Below are positions 61,358 to 64,000 of a stretch of 64,000 nt of DNA, piece by piece (the first letter of the stretch is position 1; the number at the start of each line of letters is the position of its first letter). The stretch comes from Calcarisporiella thermophila CBS 279.70 (Eukaryota > Fungi > Calcarisporiellomycota). The translations under genes and the position numbers were made by a program. The stretch lies in contig NW_027192194.1 of NCBI RefSeq assembly GCF_041956535.1, forward strand, positions 403,444 to 467,443. The letters run 5' to 3'. Under the pieces are notes generated by a model. It was not told the DNA's origin. It searched no databases and saw nothing but the letters and a program-made list of their open reading frames with translations.

Positions 61358-61743
61358 GCCCGTTTGTCTATCCTTCTTATTTAACCACATCTTCCCCTAT
61401 TGTCTCGCTCCCACTCACGGAACAGATGACTCTCATTCAACCTTTATTTTAAGACAATAAATCTACTTCACAACTATATAAATACAATTCCAGAGTAAGG
61501 CATTCACGCGGAAAGGGGGGGGAGGGGGAAGCAAACAAAACAGAGTTAACAAGAGAGGAGCGGAGGAGGGGGGAGAGGGGTAGAAGAATAGAAGAGATAA
61601 CGCTAAAACACATGGAATGGCTTCAGAGGAGGGGGGGGTAAAAGGATTGGAGAACAGAGGAAGATTCGTTCATGTCTGGATTTTCTTTTCATTTTTTTTA
61701 GAGTGCCACTGCAACAATTTAAATAACGAGGACTGAACCACCT

Positions 61744-63958
61744 CTACTTCGACTCGGCTGAACACTCCACTTTCTCCACCTGTGTTTCTTCTTTGCTCAG
61801 CTCTTGGTGGCGGACAGGCGCCTCGTCCTCATATCGCCACGGGTTGTTGACGCGGGAATGGCGGAAGCCGTAGGCGAAGTACACAACCAGTCCGATGGCT
61901 ATCCGACGAAGGGGGGAGGGGGAATGGAATAAAACAAAACGGCCATTTAGTTACCGATTCAAAAAGAGGATGAAAAATGAACAAGAATATTACCAATCCA
62001 GATGGCCAGTCGAATTAAGGTGGCCGTCGAGGCCGTACACAAGAGCACAATACAGGCAGCGGCGCCGATGACGGGCAGGAACCAAGCAGGGCCCGGGACG
62101 CGGAACCTGCGCTGCATGTGAGGCGAAGTATACCGGAGGATGATCACGCCGACGTGCACGAAGAAGAAAGCGAGAAGCGTGCCCACACTGGTCAGCTCGC
62201 CCAATACGCCGATGGGGAGAATTCCGCCCAGGATGGCCACCAAGACCCCGCTGATGATGGTGGTGTAGGTCGGGGTCCCGAACTTGGGGTGGATGTAGGC
62301 TGCAAAGCGGGGAAGGAGCCCGTCGCGCGCCATGGCGTAGAAAATGCGGGGCATGGCCATCAGCAGGACAAGAATGACCGAGGTGAGCCCGGCAATGGCA
62401 CCCAGCTCCACGATCACGCCGAGCCAGACCATGCCCGTTTGATTGATGACCACGGCCATGGGAGCAGCCACGTTGATCAGGAGCTTGTAGTTGACCACCC
62501 CCGTCATCACGAAGCACACCGCGATGTAGAGGGCGGTGCAGATGAACAGGGAGCCGAGAATCCCGATGGGGAGAGCGCGCTTCGGATCCTTGGCCTCCTG
62601 GGCGGTGGTGCACACCGCGTCGAACCCGATGAAGGCGAAGAACACAAGACTGGCCGCCTGGAACACTCCCGACACTCCGTATTTACCAAAGACACCTAGA
62701 GGCAAATCTGGTTAATCGCAGCCTGATCACTGAACAAGGCTAAGAATGCTCACCTTCATTGGGCGGGACAAAAGGCGTGTAGTTGTCATTGTTGATGTCC
62801 TTGATGCATGCGAAAATGAACAGCAGCACGACAAACACCTTGATCGCCACGATCACGCTGTTGACGCGGGCCGACTCGCGGATCCCGAAGACCAGGATCG
62901 TGGTGACCACCGCCACAATGATGATGGCGGGCAGATTGATCCCGGCGCCCGTCACCGAGAAGGAGGAGGTCTTGTCGTCCCAGCTGACGGGCGACTCGGT
63001 GACAGCCTTGCTGACATTCACGTGCAGCACATGCGAAAAGAGGTTGGTGACATAAGCCGACCTGGAAAAGAGGGGCGACTAGGTTAGCCTTGCCGCTAAC
63101 GCATTTAGGGAATCCCCGCGCTTACCAGCCCACGCTTACGGTAGCAGCCCCAACCAGATACTCCAAAATCAAGTTCCAACCTAGATCGCCATAAAGGGAA
63201 AGGGGGGAAAAAAGAGTTTAATCAGCCGAATTCCCACGTTACGAGCAGCGCCGGGGGGGGGAGGGGGACCCTTACCGATGAGCCACGATACCAACTCGCC
63301 CAGCGTTGCATACGCATAGGTGTACGCCGAGCCTGCGACGGGGATCATGGTCGCCATCTACAGCAGAAAAGCTGTGTTACCACTGAGCTCATAGGGTGTT
63401 TCAAGGGTTTCAAAGGGATGAATCATGCTATCAAACCCAATCAATTTAATCCGTCGACCAACCGGCTGAGGGATCAAATGACGTGCGGTAGCCGCCATTC
63501 CCCCACGGCTTCCGGCGGCGGACGCTGTGGGCGAAGGGGGCGCAAGAAGGACAGAACGCTTACCTCGGCATAGGATAAACCGGCCAGCGCCGACGCAAAG
63601 GCGGCGATGATGAAGGAGATCGAGATAGCGGGGCCTGCGTTCGCACCGGCAGCTTGACCTACAGCAGAGGAGGTTGGCGGGAAAAAGAGCTTAGTTCCTG
63701 CACAGCGCAGCCCCTCTTCTCGGCCGGATGGGCCGGCAGCCACGACTCACCTGTCAGCACAAAGATGCCGGTGCCGATGATGGCGCCCACTCCCACCATG
63801 ACGAGGTCGAACGGGCTGAGCGAGCGTTTGAAGGAGCCGTGGGCGGCCTCGTCGTCGAGCGAGTCCATGGTCTTGCGGTTGATGAGCTTGCGGCCGAAGC
63901 CTCGGAGCGAGTGGCCCGCGGACTTCTCGATCTGCTGCACCTCGGGTTTTTCGGGCAT
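61744..63958 (-). CDS. APC-superfamily amino-acid permease, CAT/SLC7-like
   Basis: 'GVGAIIGTGIFVLTG', 'AGPA', 'SYAEM..MIPVAGSAYTYAY.TLGE', 'FFAFIGFD', 'AQEAKDP', 'PRIFYAMARDGLLP', 'ELTSVGTL'. Six introns. Confidence 0.93.
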
Positions 63959-64000
63959 GGTTTTTTTTTTATTTTTGGGCAATAAGCTACAGAGAGTCTA

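Noticed and set aside
63359-63563. Long GC-rich intron in the amino-acid permease as a possible TPP riboswitch
   Set aside because: The conserved TPP aptamer segments (CUGAGA ... GAUCUGGAUAAUACCAGCG-type) are absent.
1-64000. tRNA, rRNA, CRISPR arrays, selenocysteine or stop-readthrough signals
   Set aside because: None recognised by eye, and no in-frame TGA was needed in any gene model. tRNAscan-SE or Infernal would be needed to exclude small RNAs.

Overview
Eukaryotic, intron-rich DNA from a fungus. Short ~50-100 nt GT-AG introns and the gene content suggest an early-diverging lineage (Mucoromycota/Zoopagomycota-like; inference). I can support about 26 protein-coding genes. Most are conserved housekeeping genes: PRP3, SUS1, VMA10, a LAMMER kinase, DSN1/Mis13, GCN1, FAT1, INH1, PKA-R, DEF1, ERG3, uS13m, BUD23, TCO89-like, RAX1, an SDR and an APC permease. 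Two accessory-looking patches interrupt them. At 2.7-13 kb there is a sugar porter, two divergent tandem DMT/TPT-type transporters and a GPI-type zincin protease. At 34.8-40 kb there is an intronless lipase/esterase, a 164-bp tandem duplication, a 5'-truncated poly(A) retro-insertion with a 16-bp target-site duplication, and a secreted Reeler-like protein. The most intriguing candidate system is a protein joining a winged-helix (HARE-HTH-like) domain to a SET domain, with two E2F/MBF-like boxes upstream. The 345-N gap inside ERG3 is flanked by an exact 49-bp overlap and looks like an assembly artefact. No rRNA, tRNA or CRISPR features were recognised. Gene models were spliced by eye and family calls come from motif recognition, not searches.
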